Source: Candidatus Aenigmatarchaeota archaeon (GTDB lineage: Archaea > Aenigmatarchaeota > Aenigmatarchaeia > Aenigmatarchaeales > JACQIB01). From it: 52,881 bases of DNA. The notes beneath the pieces were generated by a model. That model was not told where the DNA came from and ran no database searches. It saw only the letters and a list, made by a program, of their open reading frames with translations. This document shows, piece by piece, positions 28,413-38,082 of this stretch; within the stretch, counting starts at the first letter, position 1, and each line of letters starts with the position of its first letter. The position numbers were made by a program, and so were the translations under genes. The stretch is from assembly GCA_046760225.1 (NCBI GenBank), contig JBHIDR010000002.1, positions 1 through 52,881 on the forward strand, written 5' to 3'.

Positions 28413-29531
28413 ATGGCAGAGAAAATGGTAGTGACCCCATGGGAGGTCAGCGGAAAGATAGACTATGACCAGCTCATAAAGGGGTTCGGCATGAAGCCCT
28501 TTGCCAGGTTTGCAAAGATATTGCCAGACAATGTCCTGTTCAGGAGGGGCATTGTATACGGGCACAGGGACTTCGAGAGGATAGCTGACGCTATCAAGAA
28601 AAAGAAGGAGTTCGTCATGATGACTGGTCTCATGCCAACAGGGAAGTTCCATTTGGGTCACAAGATACTGGCAGACCAGATAATATACTACCAGTCACAT
28701 GGTGCAAAGGTATATGTGGCAGTTGCAGACATAGAGGCCTACAACACAAGGCTCGGAAGCATGAAAGAGCTGAAAAAGACTGCGATTGAGGAATATTTAC
28801 TGAATTATATTGCTCTTGGGCTCAAGCCCAAGAACTGTGACTTCTATTTCCAGAGCAATCGTTCATCAAATGCAAAAAAGGCAAATGCATACTACAAGCT
28901 TGCAGGCATGGCTGCAAGGCATATAACATTCAATGAGATGAAGGCAATCTATGGAGCAATAAACCCTGGAAGAATAACATCAGCTCTGTTCCAGGCATCA
29001 GACATGTTTCATCCTGAACTTCCAGAATTCGGAGGGCCAAAGCCTGTTGTGGTCCCTGTTGGATTTGACCAGGATCCGCATCTGAGGCTTGCAAGAGACA
29101 TAGGCAATAGAATAAAGGAATTCAAATTCATACAGCTGAGCTCCACCTATCACAAGTTTGTGGTAGGTCTGAAAGGCGGGAAAATGTCAAGCAGCGACCC
29201 GACGTCATTCATAGCACTTACAGACAGCCCTGAGGAAGCAGCAAAGAAAATCAGGAAGCATGCATTCTCAGGAGGCCAGGAAACAGTGGAGATGCACAGA
29301 AAGAAGGGCGGAAACCCTGACATAGACGTGAGCTACCAATGGCTTTATGCGTTCTTCGAACCTAATGACAAAAAGATAAAAAATATCCATGATGACTATA
29401 AGAGCGGTGCCTTATTGACAGGAGAGCTGAAGGAATACCTCATTAAAAAGGTAACTGCTTTCCTTAAGGAGCACCAGAAGAAAAGGGAAAAGGCAAGGAA
29501 CATGGTGGACAAGTTTTTGGTGAAGGACTGA
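28413..29531 (+). CDS. trpS: tryptophanyl-tRNA synthetase
   Basis: VTPWEV, HLGH, DQDPH, KMSSS, AFSGG. Confidence 0.96.
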   Translation: MAEKMVVTPWEVSGKIDYDQLIKGFGMKPFARFAKILPDNVLFRRGIVYGHRDFERIADAIKKKKEFVMMTGLMPTGKFHLGHKILADQIIYYQSHGAKVYVAVADIEAYNTRLGSMKELKKTAIEEYLLNYIALGLKPKNCDFYFQSNRSSNAKKANAYYKLAGMAARHITFNEMKAIYGAINPGRITSALFQASDMFHPELPEFGGPKPVVVPVGFDQDPHLRLARDIGNRIKEFKFIQLSSTYHKFVVGLKGGKMSSSDPTSFIALTDSPEEAAKKIRKHAFSGGQETVEMHRKKGGNPDIDVSYQWLYAFFEPNDKKIKNIHDDYKSGALLTGELKEYLIKKVTAFLKEHQKKREKARNMVDKFLVKD

Positions 29532-30766
29532 TGTATGTACTCACAAAGGAAGGAAAGGAATATTTAACAGGAGGTCTTCCTGAGAAGAAGCTGCTGCATA
29601 TCTTGAAAACAGGCAAGAAGTCAGTCAAGAGCCTGAATGCCATTGCAGTTGGCTGGGCAAAGAAGAACGGCTGGGTAAAGATAGAGGCAGGACAGGCTGA
29701 CCTCACGCAGAAGGGAAAGGAAACAATCGGGATGAAGACAAGGCTGGAGACAGCCCTGGAGGAAGTTGATGAAAGGGGCAGCACTGATGGGAAGCTGCTG
29801 AGAATACTGGTAAGCAGGAGGCTTGTTGAAGAGGAGAAGGTGAGCAAGAAGGTTGTTGTCAAGGAAATAAAGCAGCTCACACCGAGCCTCATAATAGCAG
29901 GGAACTGGAAGAAAGTGCCCTTCAGGAAGTATGATGTTGGTGCACCAGCGCCAGAGACCCATCCTGGCAAGAAGCACTTCCTTGGCCAGGCACTGGACTA
30001 CATAAGAAGGATATGGATAGAAATGGGCTTCAAGGAGATGAGCGGGCCAATTGTTGAGGTCGCTTTCTGGAACTTTGATGCCCTTTACCAGCCGCAGGAC
30101 CATCCTGCAAGGGACCTGGCCGATACATTCTACATGAGGGTTCCAGGAAAAGGAAGGTTCCCTCCAGGCTATGGAAAGGAAGTAAAGGGCATGCACGAGA
30201 GGGGAGGGCCAATAGCAAGCACTGGCTGGAGATACAAATGGAACCCTGATGTTGCAAAGCAGCTCTGCATGAGGACCCATACAACATCCCTTTCTGCAAG
30301 AACACTTGCAAACCTGAAGCTGGATGAGCTGCCTGCAAAGTTCTTCTCAGTTGGGAGGTGCTTCAGGAACGAGGCACTCACATGGAAGCACCTGTTCGAG
30401 TTCTACCAGACAGACGGCATTGTTGTTGATGAAAATGTCAACTTCAGGCACCTGCTTGGCTACCTGAAAAGGTTTGCAACCAAGATGGGATTCCCCAAAG
30501 CAAGGTTCAGGCCAGCATACTTCCCTTATACAGAACCGAGTGTGGAATTCGAGGTCTATGTTCCTGAGAAAAAGGCATGGAAAGAGCTTGGCGGTGCAGG
30601 AATATTCAGGCCAGAGGTTGTGAAGCCGTTATTGGGCAAGGAAATACCTGTGCTTGCCTGGGGACCAGGGCTTGAGAGAATGGTAATGGATGCTTATGCC
30701 ATCAAGGACATAAGGAAGCTCTATGAGAACGACCTTGGTTTGCTGAGGAAAGCGAGGATGTGGTAA
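29531..30766 (+). CDS. pheS: phenylalanyl-tRNA synthetase alpha subunit
   Basis: FWNFDAL.QPQDHPARD, RTHTT, FRNE, YFPYTEPS, GIFRPEV. Confidence 0.96.
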   Translation: MYVLTKEGKEYLTGGLPEKKLLHILKTGKKSVKSLNAIAVGWAKKNGWVKIEAGQADLTQKGKETIGMKTRLETALEEVDERGSTDGKLLRILVSRRLVEEEKVSKKVVVKEIKQLTPSLIIAGNWKKVPFRKYDVGAPAPETHPGKKHFLGQALDYIRRIWIEMGFKEMSGPIVEVAFWNFDALYQPQDHPARDLADTFYMRVPGKGRFPPGYGKEVKGMHERGGPIASTGWRYKWNPDVAKQLCMRTHTTSLSARTLANLKLDELPAKFFSVGRCFRNEALTWKHLFEFYQTDGIVVDENVNFRHLLGYLKRFATKMGFPKARFRPAYFPYTEPSVEFEVYVPEKKAWKELGGAGIFRPEVVKPLLGKEIPVLAWGPGLERMVMDAYAIKDIRKLYENDLGLLRKARMW

Positions 30767-30767
30767 T

Positions 30768-32417
30768 ATGCCTATTGTAACCATAAACATAAAGGACCTG
30801 CTGAAGCTTGTAGGCAAGAACATACCGCTCAAAAAGCTTGAGGACAGCTTGGCAATGTTTGGTGTTGTTCCTGAAAGGGTTGAAGGAAATGAGATGGATG
30901 TGGAGGTCTTTCCTGACAGGCCAGACATGCTTTCTGTTGAAGGCATTGCAAGGTCATTTGCAGGATTCATGGGAATCAGAAGAGGTTATATTGAATACTA
31001 TGTTAAGAGGTCCAACTACAAGGTTAATGTTGATGCTTCAGTCGGAAAAATAAGGCCTGAGATAGTCTGCGCTGTTGTAAAGGGCGTGAAGCTTACTGAT
31101 GAGCTTGTTGCAAGCATAATGCAGTTGCAGGAGAAGCTGCATGCGTCCCACTGCAGGAAAAGGGCCAAGGCATCAATAGGAATCTATGACCTGGACACAA
31201 TCAGGTTCCCTGTTACATACAAGGCGGAAAGGACAAGCTTTGAGTTTGTTCCTCTTGAATTTGACAGGAAAATGAAAATGAAGGACATGCTCAAGGAGCA
31301 TCCCAAGGGAAGGGATTATGGATGGATAATAGAGAAGTTCAAGAAGTATCCTTTGCTTATTGATTCAAAGGGAATGGTGCTGTCCATGCCGCCGATAATC
31401 AATTCCGAGGACTCCAAGGTAACTGAGAAGACAACCAACCTGTTCATAGATGTCACAGGCACTGACAAGAAGACTGTTAATGATGTTCTCAACATAGTGG
31501 TGTGCGCGCTTGCTGACAGGGGAGGAAAGGTGTACTCTGTCAGGATGGCCTATCCTTATAAGAGAATAAGCACGCCCCAGCTTGGTGTATGGGTGAACAG
31601 GGTGGTGCCAGATTACATAAACAAGGTGCTTGGTCTGGAGCTTAAGCCCAAGGAAGCCATTACATTTCTTGAGCGGATGAGGTTCAATGCAAGAATCAAT
31701 AAGAAAGGTGAGATAGAAGTTGGAATACCTCCTTACAGGGCAGACATAATGCATCCAGTTGACCTGGTGGAAGACATTGCAATAATGTATGGCTATGATA
31801 ATTTTGAACCAGAAGTGCCCCCTGTCTCAACAATAGGGGAAGAAAAGGACATAGAGGTGCTTTCAAGGAAGCTCAGAGATTTGATGGTCGGGCTCGGGTA
31901 CCAAGAAGTGCTGACATACATTCTTACAAACAAGGATGATTTGTTCACGAAGATGAACGTGCGCAGTTCCAAGGTTGCTGAAACAAGCAACCCTAAATCA
32001 GGGGAGTATGGTGTGTGCAGGAACTGGCTGCTGCCGAGCTTGATGAATGTTCTCTTCAAGAACCAGCACAACCCGTTCCCGCAGAAGGTTTTCGAGGTCG
32101 GGGAATGCATTGTCCTTTTGCCTGGAACAGATACGGGGACAAAGACAGTGAGGAAGCTGTGCGGTGCTGCAGCCTATGAGAAGGCAAACCTCACAGAGAT
32201 GAAGTCGGTTATTGAATCCCTTCTCAAGAACATGGGAGTGAAATACAAGATAAAGCCTATTAAGCACCCCAGCTTTATTGAAAGCAGGTGCGGTGAGATT
32301 GTTGTGAACGGCAAGTCTGCTGGTTTCTTCGGGGAAATCCATCCCCAGGTGCTTAACAACATGGGGCTTGAAATGCCTGTGATTGCATTTGAGATTGATA
32401 CAGAAGCCTTTACCTGA
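30768..32417 (+). CDS. pheT: phenylalanyl-tRNA synthetase beta subunit
   Basis: PDRPDMLSVEG, SMPPIINS, RADIMHPVDLVEDIAI, GEIHPQVL. Confidence 0.96.
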   Translation: MPIVTINIKDLLKLVGKNIPLKKLEDSLAMFGVVPERVEGNEMDVEVFPDRPDMLSVEGIARSFAGFMGIRRGYIEYYVKRSNYKVNVDASVGKIRPEIVCAVVKGVKLTDELVASIMQLQEKLHASHCRKRAKASIGIYDLDTIRFPVTYKAERTSFEFVPLEFDRKMKMKDMLKEHPKGRDYGWIIEKFKKYPLLIDSKGMVLSMPPIINSEDSKVTEKTTNLFIDVTGTDKKTVNDVLNIVVCALADRGGKVYSVRMAYPYKRISTPQLGVWVNRVVPDYINKVLGLELKPKEAITFLERMRFNARINKKGEIEVGIPPYRADIMHPVDLVEDIAIMYGYDNFEPEVPPVSTIGEEKDIEVLSRKLRDLMVGLGYQEVLTYILTNKDDLFTKMNVRSSKVAETSNPKSGEYGVCRNWLLPSLMNVLFKNQHNPFPQKVFEVGECIVLLPGTDTGTKTVRKLCGAAAYEKANLTEMKSVIESLLKNMGVKYKIKPIKHPSFIESRCGEIVVNGKSAGFFGEIHPQVLNNMGLEMPVIAFEIDTEAFT

Positions 32418-33168
32418 GCCAGCCCAGAAGCTGTTCTACTAATCCTGGCCTGTACTCGTACTTTTCACCGAGCAAGGAGGCTGCTGCCTTCTTGAACCCT
32501 ATTGAGGCTTTTGCCCTTGGCTTAAACTGTACAACAGGCATTCTGCGCAATATTGATTCTGGAACAGCAGGGTCCTCTGGAACAACACTGAGAATAGGAT
32601 ACTCGAGCATCTTGGCAATTTCATCCATCTTCATCTCGTATTTCTTTTTTGTCACCCTGTTCACCACAACACCCACAACAGGTGTTCTCCTTCTTTCAGC
32701 AAGCTTTATTGCCTTTAGTGCGTCTGCAACAGCAGCAATCTCAGGATTTGTGACTATAATGACGCCGTCAGAAGCATACATTGCAGCCCTTGCCTCCTTG
32801 CCAAGTCCTGCTGCACCATCAATCAGAATATAGCCCTTCCTATTGAAGAGACCCCTCAGTACCTTTTGCAGCCTTTCTGAATGAATCTTCCTTATTGCGC
32901 TTGCAGAGAGCGATGCAGGTATGACCTTTATTCCAGAAGGATGGACATACATTGCCTCAGATATGCTTGCCCTTCCTTTGAGAACATCATGCAGGGTTAT
33001 GGGGTAAAGGGGCACTCCAAGATGCAGACCAAGGTTGGGTGTTGTGACATTACCATCAAGAGCTATAACGCTCTTTCCACTATTTACAAGGGAGGCTGCA
33101 AGATTAGTGCAGGTTGTTGTCTTCCCTGCTCCGCCTTTACCGGAAACCAGACTTAATATACACGTCAT
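32410..33168 (-). CDS. minD: MinD-family ATPase
   Basis: SGKGGAGKTT deviant Walker A; PNLGLHLG; VTNPE; C-terminal amphipathic helix. Confidence 0.9.
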   Translation of the reverse strand: MTCILSLVSGKGGAGKTTTCTNLAASLVNSGKSVIALDGNVTTPNLGLHLGVPLYPITLHDVLKGRASISEAMYVHPSGIKVIPASLSASAIRKIHSERLQKVLRGLFNRKGYILIDGAAGLGKEARAAMYASDGVIIVTNPEIAAVADALKAIKLAERRRTPVVGVVVNRVTKKKYEMKMDEIAKMLEYPILSVVPEDPAVPESILRRMPVVQFKPRAKASIGFKKAAASLLGEKYEYRPGLVEQLLGWLR

Positions 33169-33211
33169 CCTATCACATTAAATATTCGCGAGGAGTAATA
33201 AATAGGTTTGG

Positions 33212-33598
33212 TTATGGGCAATCAATAAAATCGCACTCTGAAGTCAGCAGGTCAAAGAGCTCGTCGCATGTCCCGCCTTCGCCAGCTGCTAGGCAGGTGG
33301 CAATGAGGTTGCCGTCCTTGTCATAATACTTTATGTATTTTCCGGGAAGGTGTATGACCCTGGCATATTTCACATTGAACTCGTTGTCCTTACATTCCTC
33401 AATGATTAATAACATCTCAGGTGGCATTCCTGGTTCCAGGTCTGGCTGGACCTCTGCCTCTCCTTCTGCGCATATCTTGGACAGGGCTGGCTCAAAAGCT
33501 GGTCCTATTTGTGTCTGCGATTGTCCTATGCACCCACTGATAAATACAAGAATTATCAGCAATGAAACAATTGTTATATTTGCAAGCCTCATAATCAT
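33212..33598 (-). CDS. lipoprotein
   Basis: FISGC lipobox, Cys-rich C-terminus. Confidence 0.7.
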   Translation of the reverse strand: MIMRLANITIVSLLIILVFISGCIGQSQTQIGPAFEPALSKICAEGEAEVQPDLEPGMPPEMLLIIEECKDNEFNVKYARVIHLPGKYIKYYDKDGNLIATCLAAGEGGTCDELFDLLTSECDFIDCP

Positions 33599-33607
33599 AA
33601 TCTAGAT

Positions 33608-33847
33608 TTAAGTTGGAAAGTTCGCATAAACTTCGCGTTCAAAATCTTCCTGCTCATCTTTGGAAAGCATATAGTATTGCTTGCGTTTTGCGTCCCAGCC
33701 TATATAAGAACTGACGTTGCCCAAGTCCTGCGCAGTAAGCTTCCTTTTTCTGGGCATTGATGCAAGAGCCCGGTTTATTCTTGGTTCAGCTTCTCGCATA
33801 CGTATTTCCAGCCACCTTATATCATCAAGCCTTTTCTTTGAGAACAT
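33608..33847 (-). CDS. hypothetical protein
   Basis: 79-aa ORF with TATA-like sequence upstream. Confidence 0.5.
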   Translation of the reverse strand: MFSKKRLDDIRWLEIRMREAEPRINRALASMPRKRKLTAQDLGNVSSYIGWDAKRKQYYMLSKDEQEDFEREVYANFPT

Positions 33848-33891
33848 AGTTAAATATTGATTTTCCTAGAATTTATAACTAGGTTTGATAA

Positions 33892-34224
33892 TTATTCTAT
33901 TCTTATCCTGGTATGGTTCCATGAACACTTTACTTCAAAAGATCCATCCTCATTCATTATCAAATCGCTGTCTATGTGACACCTGTGGCTCCGGGGCATG
34001 CCAGGAGTACCGATGCAACCAGGTGTCTCAGCGCAAAGCAATGTCCCTTTTTCGTAAATCTGTCTTGCCTCATGGCTGTAGATGTCCTCAGTAAGCACCC
34101 TCAGGTTTGGGCAGGCGAAAGGCCTTTCTGTTGGCAGATTCTTCAAATAATCCCTGAATTCTGAATAGTCAGAGAATTTTTTCATTTCCCCTGGTTCTTC
34201 TTCCTTTACTACTTTTAATTTCAT
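33892..34224 (-). CDS. hypothetical Cys-containing protein
   Basis: 110-aa ORF downstream of tRNA-Arg. Confidence 0.55.
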   Translation of the reverse strand: MKLKVVKEEEPGEMKKFSDYSEFRDYLKNLPTERPFACPNLRVLTEDIYSHEARQIYEKGTLLCAETPGCIGTPGMPRSHRCHIDSDLIMNEDGSFEVKCSWNHTRIRIE

Positions 34225-34288
34225 ACGTTATTTATCATGCTAAAACTATTTATGTATGAACCTGATTTATTGTGCTTTTAAATCTTAA

Positions 34289-34469
34289 TGGTGCCCCGGA
34301 TGGGATTTGAACCCACGACTTCCTGCTTTCATCGCCGAAGCTCAAGTCTTCTAAGCTTGGCTTAGAAGGTTCACCAGGTTTGACCTTCAGGCACTCTATC
34401 CATTCCAGAGTCTTTGGTTTCCCCAAAGACTTAGCTGAGTTTTCCCGAGCAAAGATTGCTTACCGGGGC
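34289..34469 (-). tRNA. tRNA-Arg(UCU) with four introns: 34442-34461 (8/9), 34403-34432 (D-loop, about 17/17a), 34370-34387 (30/31), 34328-34362 (37/38)
   Basis: spliced 78-nt cloverleaf GCCCCGG TA ACTC AGCTTGGATA GAGT G CCTGC CTTCTAA GCAGG AAGTC GTGGG TTCAAAT CCCAT CCGGGGC A CCA; each intron is a hairpin bounded by a 4-bp helix and 3-nt bulges. Confidence 0.92.
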
Positions 34470-34542
34470 ATCAGCTCCGAGGCATAATGATTTATTTTAT
34501 AGCATAGTTTATAAATTAATACTCAAAATAGGTGTTATGGTT

Positions 34543-37200
34543 ATGGACTTTGCAGCAATAGACAAGAAATGGCAGGAGAAGTGGGAAAAGGACAAGGCTT
34601 TTGAGAGCAAGATTTCCAAGAAAAAGAAGTTCTATGTACTCGAGATGTTCCCATACCCTTCAGGCACTGCGCATGTCGGCCATATAAGGAACTATTCAAT
34701 GGGTGATTGTTTTGCGCGCTTCAAGAGAATGCAGGGCTTCAATATCATATATCCCATGGGATGGGACTCCTTTGGGTTGCCCGCTGAGAACGCTGCAATA
34801 AAGAGGGGCATTGACCCTGACAAATGGACTGATGAAAACATAGCAAGCTTCAAGAAACTGTTCAAAAGGCTTGGGTTCAGCTATGACTGGACAAGGGAGT
34901 TTGCAACCTCACATCAGGATTATTACAAGTGGAACCAGTGGATATTCCTAAAGTTCCTGGAAAAGGGGCTTGCCTACAAGGAAAAGGCAAGTGTTAACTG
35001 GTGTCCTGGGTGCAATACTGTGCTAGCAAATGAACAGGTAATAAAGGGCAAGTGCTGGAGGTGCGATAGCGAGGTCGAGATAAAGACATTGAACCAGTGG
35101 TTCTTCAAGATTACAGATTATGCGCAGGAGCTGCTTGATGACATTGCAAAACTTGAGGGCTGGCCCAACAGGGTAAGGATAATGCAGGATAACTGGATAG
35201 GAAGATCAGAGGGCACAATGGTCAACTTCAAGCTCAAGGACACAGGAGAGGACATTCCTATTTTCACAACAAGGCCTGACACACTGTTCGGTGTCACCTT
35301 CATGGTATTTGCTCCTGAACACCCGAAAGTAATGGAGCTTGTCAAGGGAACAAAATATGAAAAAGATGTGAAGGAATTTGTCAGCAGGGTTGTTATAGAA
35401 GAGAGATTCATGAGGGCAGCAGAAGAAAAGGAAAAGGAAGGCATGTTCATAGGCAAGCATGCAATCAATCCCCTGACAGGGGAGGATATTCCGATTTACA
35501 TTGCGAACTTTGTGCTCATGGAATATGGCACCGGAATGATAATGGCTGTGCCTGCACATGACCAGAGGGACTTTGAATTTGCAAAAAAATATGACATACC
35601 TATAAAGGTTGTGATTACGCCCAAAGGCAAAGAGCTGAAAGCTGAAGAAATGAAACAAGCATATGTTGATGAGGGAGTTCTCATAAACTCTGGAAAATTC
35701 AATGGCCTTGGAAACATTGAGTCAATGAAGAAAATATCAGAATATATTGAGAAGGAAGGAATTGGAAAAGGCACTGTTGAATACAAGCTAAGGGACTGGT
35801 TGATATCCAGGCAAAGGTACTGGGGCACACCAATACCTGTTGTTTATTGTGACAAGTGCGGAACAGTTCCTGTACCAGAGAAAGAACTGCCCATATTGCT
35901 CCCGCCATCAGAAAAGGTTGATTTCAAGGCAAAGGGAAACCCGCTTGCAAGTGCCAAGGAGTTTATCAATACAAAATGCCCGAAGTGCAAGGGCAGTGCG
36001 AAAAGGGAAACAGACACAATGGACACCTTTGTTGATTCCTCTTGGTACTTCCTGAGATATTGCTCGCCAAAGTCTGAGAAATTGCCCTTTGAGAAAAAAG
36101 AAGTTTCTTACTGGATGCCTGTTGACCAGTACATAGGTGGGATAGAACATGCAACAGGCCATCTTATTTACTTCAGGTTCTTTACAAAGGCGCTTCGTGA
36201 TCTTGGCCTGCACACCATAGATGAGCCTGCAAAAAAACTTTTGTGCCAAGGAATGATAACGCTTGGTGGAAAGGCGATGAGCAAGTCAAGGGGGAACGTG
36301 GTTGACCCATTACCCATAGCAGAAAAGTATGGTGCAGATGTGCTCAGGGCATTCATACTCTTTGCTTCATCACCTGAAAAGGACCTTGAATGGAGTGATG
36401 AAGGTATTGAAGGTATTACAAGGTTTTTGAAGAAATTCTTTTCCCTTGCAACTGAGGAAAGGAAACATGTTTCATCAGCAAAAGACAGCAATGTGATCAG
36501 CAAGATGCACAAGACAATAAAGGAAGTCACGATGCTCATTGAAGAATTAATGGTAAACAGGGCACTCGTAAAGATAACAGAATTTATCAATTATATCATC
36601 AGATATAATGTGTACATAAGCGACAAGACATTTGATGAAGCCATAAGGAACGCCTGCCTTCTGCTTGCACCGTTTGCCCCGCATATATGCGAGGAAATAT
36701 GGAGCAAGAAAGGCAAGGGGTTTGTTTCACATGCCAAATGGCCAGAACCAAAAACAGAATACATCAAGCCGAAGTATGAAGCTGAGGAGAATCTGATTTC
36801 CCAGGCAGCAGCTGACATAGAGCACATTAAGAAGATATCTGGTATAAGGAAGCCGCACAAGATAACATTTGTTGTTTCGTATCCTTGGAAATATGAGGTC
36901 TACAATCTTGTCTTGGAAGGAAAAGAGCTGAAGGAAATAATAAAGATGAAGGAATATGAAAAATATGTAAAAGAAGTTGCTGTGTATGTGCAGAAGCTTA
37001 TGAGGAGGAAGCCGCTTGATGAGCTCTTCCTTACAGCAGGCAGCGAACTAAGGACACTCAACGAGGCAAAGGAATTCATTGAAGGCGAGTTTGACTGTGA
37101 GGTGGAGGTTGCTGAAGCAGAGAAAGTGGAAACGGTGCCAAGGCTTGATGTCAAGGCAAAATCAGCAGAACCTGGAAAGCCTGGAATCTTGGTAGACTAG
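34543..37200 (+). CDS. leuS: leucyl-tRNA synthetase (bacterial-type core)
   Basis: LEMFPYPSG..HVGH, GWDSFGLPAENAA, WLISRQRYWG, DTMDTF, AMSKS; alternative start 34537. Confidence 0.96.
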   Translation: MDFAAIDKKWQEKWEKDKAFESKISKKKKFYVLEMFPYPSGTAHVGHIRNYSMGDCFARFKRMQGFNIIYPMGWDSFGLPAENAAIKRGIDPDKWTDENIASFKKLFKRLGFSYDWTREFATSHQDYYKWNQWIFLKFLEKGLAYKEKASVNWCPGCNTVLANEQVIKGKCWRCDSEVEIKTLNQWFFKITDYAQELLDDIAKLEGWPNRVRIMQDNWIGRSEGTMVNFKLKDTGEDIPIFTTRPDTLFGVTFMVFAPEHPKVMELVKGTKYEKDVKEFVSRVVIEERFMRAAEEKEKEGMFIGKHAINPLTGEDIPIYIANFVLMEYGTGMIMAVPAHDQRDFEFAKKYDIPIKVVITPKGKELKAEEMKQAYVDEGVLINSGKFNGLGNIESMKKISEYIEKEGIGKGTVEYKLRDWLISRQRYWGTPIPVVYCDKCGTVPVPEKELPILLPPSEKVDFKAKGNPLASAKEFINTKCPKCKGSAKRETDTMDTFVDSSWYFLRYCSPKSEKLPFEKKEVSYWMPVDQYIGGIEHATGHLIYFRFFTKALRDLGLHTIDEPAKKLLCQGMITLGGKAMSKSRGNVVDPLPIAEKYGADVLRAFILFASSPEKDLEWSDEGIEGITRFLKKFFSLATEERKHVSSAKDSNVISKMHKTIKEVTMLIEELMVNRALVKITEFINYIIRYNVYISDKTFDEAIRNACLLLAPFAPHICEEIWSKKGKGFVSHAKWPEPKTEYIKPKYEAEENLISQAAADIEHIKKISGIRKPHKITFVVSYPWKYEVYNLVLEGKELKEIIKMKEYEKYVKEVAVYVQKLMRRKPLDELFLTAGSELRTLNEAKEFIEGEFDCEVEVAEAEKVETVPRLDVKAKSAEPGKPGILVD

Positions 37201-37219
37201 GTTATAAGAAATTGTATAA

Positions 37220-37969
37220 TCAAACTTTCTGGGCCTTTTCCCAGGTGTCATCGAACCTTTCCCTGTAATCTGTGAGAATATTGAGGAACCAGCGGCCGCC
37301 GCTATCGAATTCCTGCGTTATGCCATGCCTGCTGTCAGAGACTATCACATAGGGCCAGGCCTTCCCCAGACGCATCTCAACGCCTATCTTCCTGAGCCTC
37401 TCAGAGAGCCCTGAGTCAACTTCCTCGGCAATTATCCTTATCTTCACCCCTTTTTCAATTGCCCTCTTTATTGCATCAACAAATACATAATCATTATTGA
37501 ACCTCTTCATTGTCATCAGTACCTCTTCCTTTGCAATGTCCACTATGAATGTTGCCTTTTCCAGGAAGTCCTTTTCATAGTTCTCCCTTATCCTTTCACC
37601 TCCCCATATCTCTCCCTGGGGCACCAGCCTTGAATAGTTCATTGCAAGCTTTTCATAGACATCCTTCTTGATGAGGTATTCCCTGCCTATGTGGCTGAGT
37701 ATCCTGGGGAAAGGGTTTGTGCTGGCGCTAAGCCAGAATATCTTGTTCTTCTCCTTGCTGCTCTCAACAAGGCCCTTCTTCTGGAGGGAGTAAAGGTACT
37801 TGTATGTGTTGGTTACAGAGAGGTTTGCGGTTGCTGCTATTGTGTTTGCATTGCACTTCAGCTGCCTGTTCTTCCTCAGAACAAGCATTGCCTGCAGCAC
37901 CTTTATTTCCAGCTCGTCAAAATACCTTGTCTTGCGCAGCAATGCACAGAAGTCATCTACAGATGCCAT
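37220..37969 (-). CDS. TrmB-like HTH regulator with PLD-like C-terminal domain
   Basis: LSVTNTYKYLYSLQKKGLV HTH; AKEEVL, AIEKGVKIRII, VIVSD. Confidence 0.8.
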   Translation of the reverse strand: MASVDDFCALLRKTRYFDELEIKVLQAMLVLRKNRQLKCNANTIAATANLSVTNTYKYLYSLQKKGLVESSKEKNKIFWLSASTNPFPRILSHIGREYLIKKDVYEKLAMNYSRLVPQGEIWGGERIRENYEKDFLEKATFIVDIAKEEVLMTMKRFNNDYVFVDAIKRAIEKGVKIRIIAEEVDSGLSERLRKIGVEMRLGKAWPYVIVSDSRHGITQEFDSGGRWFLNILTDYRERFDDTWEKAQKV

Positions 37970-38007
37970 TAACTAAATTGTATGTAATGACTTAAATTAT
38001 TAACTTT

Positions 38008-38025
38008 TTATAAGAATTCTTATAA
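38008..38025. promoter_or_regulatory. perfect 18-bp palindrome TTATAAGAATTCTTATAA, putative operator
   Basis: lies in the divergent promoter region; near-identical copies at 38726-38743 and 37202-37219. Confidence 0.65.
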
Positions 38026-38082
38026 TTTCACCCAGCAGTAATAAGATAAACCTTTTTATAGTAATCCCTGCAATTAATTGCC

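Noticed and set aside
34456..34542. N-terminal extension of LeuRS from 34456
   Set aside because: Overlaps the tRNA-Arg 5' end and the divergent promoter; homology begins at MDFAAIDKKWQ
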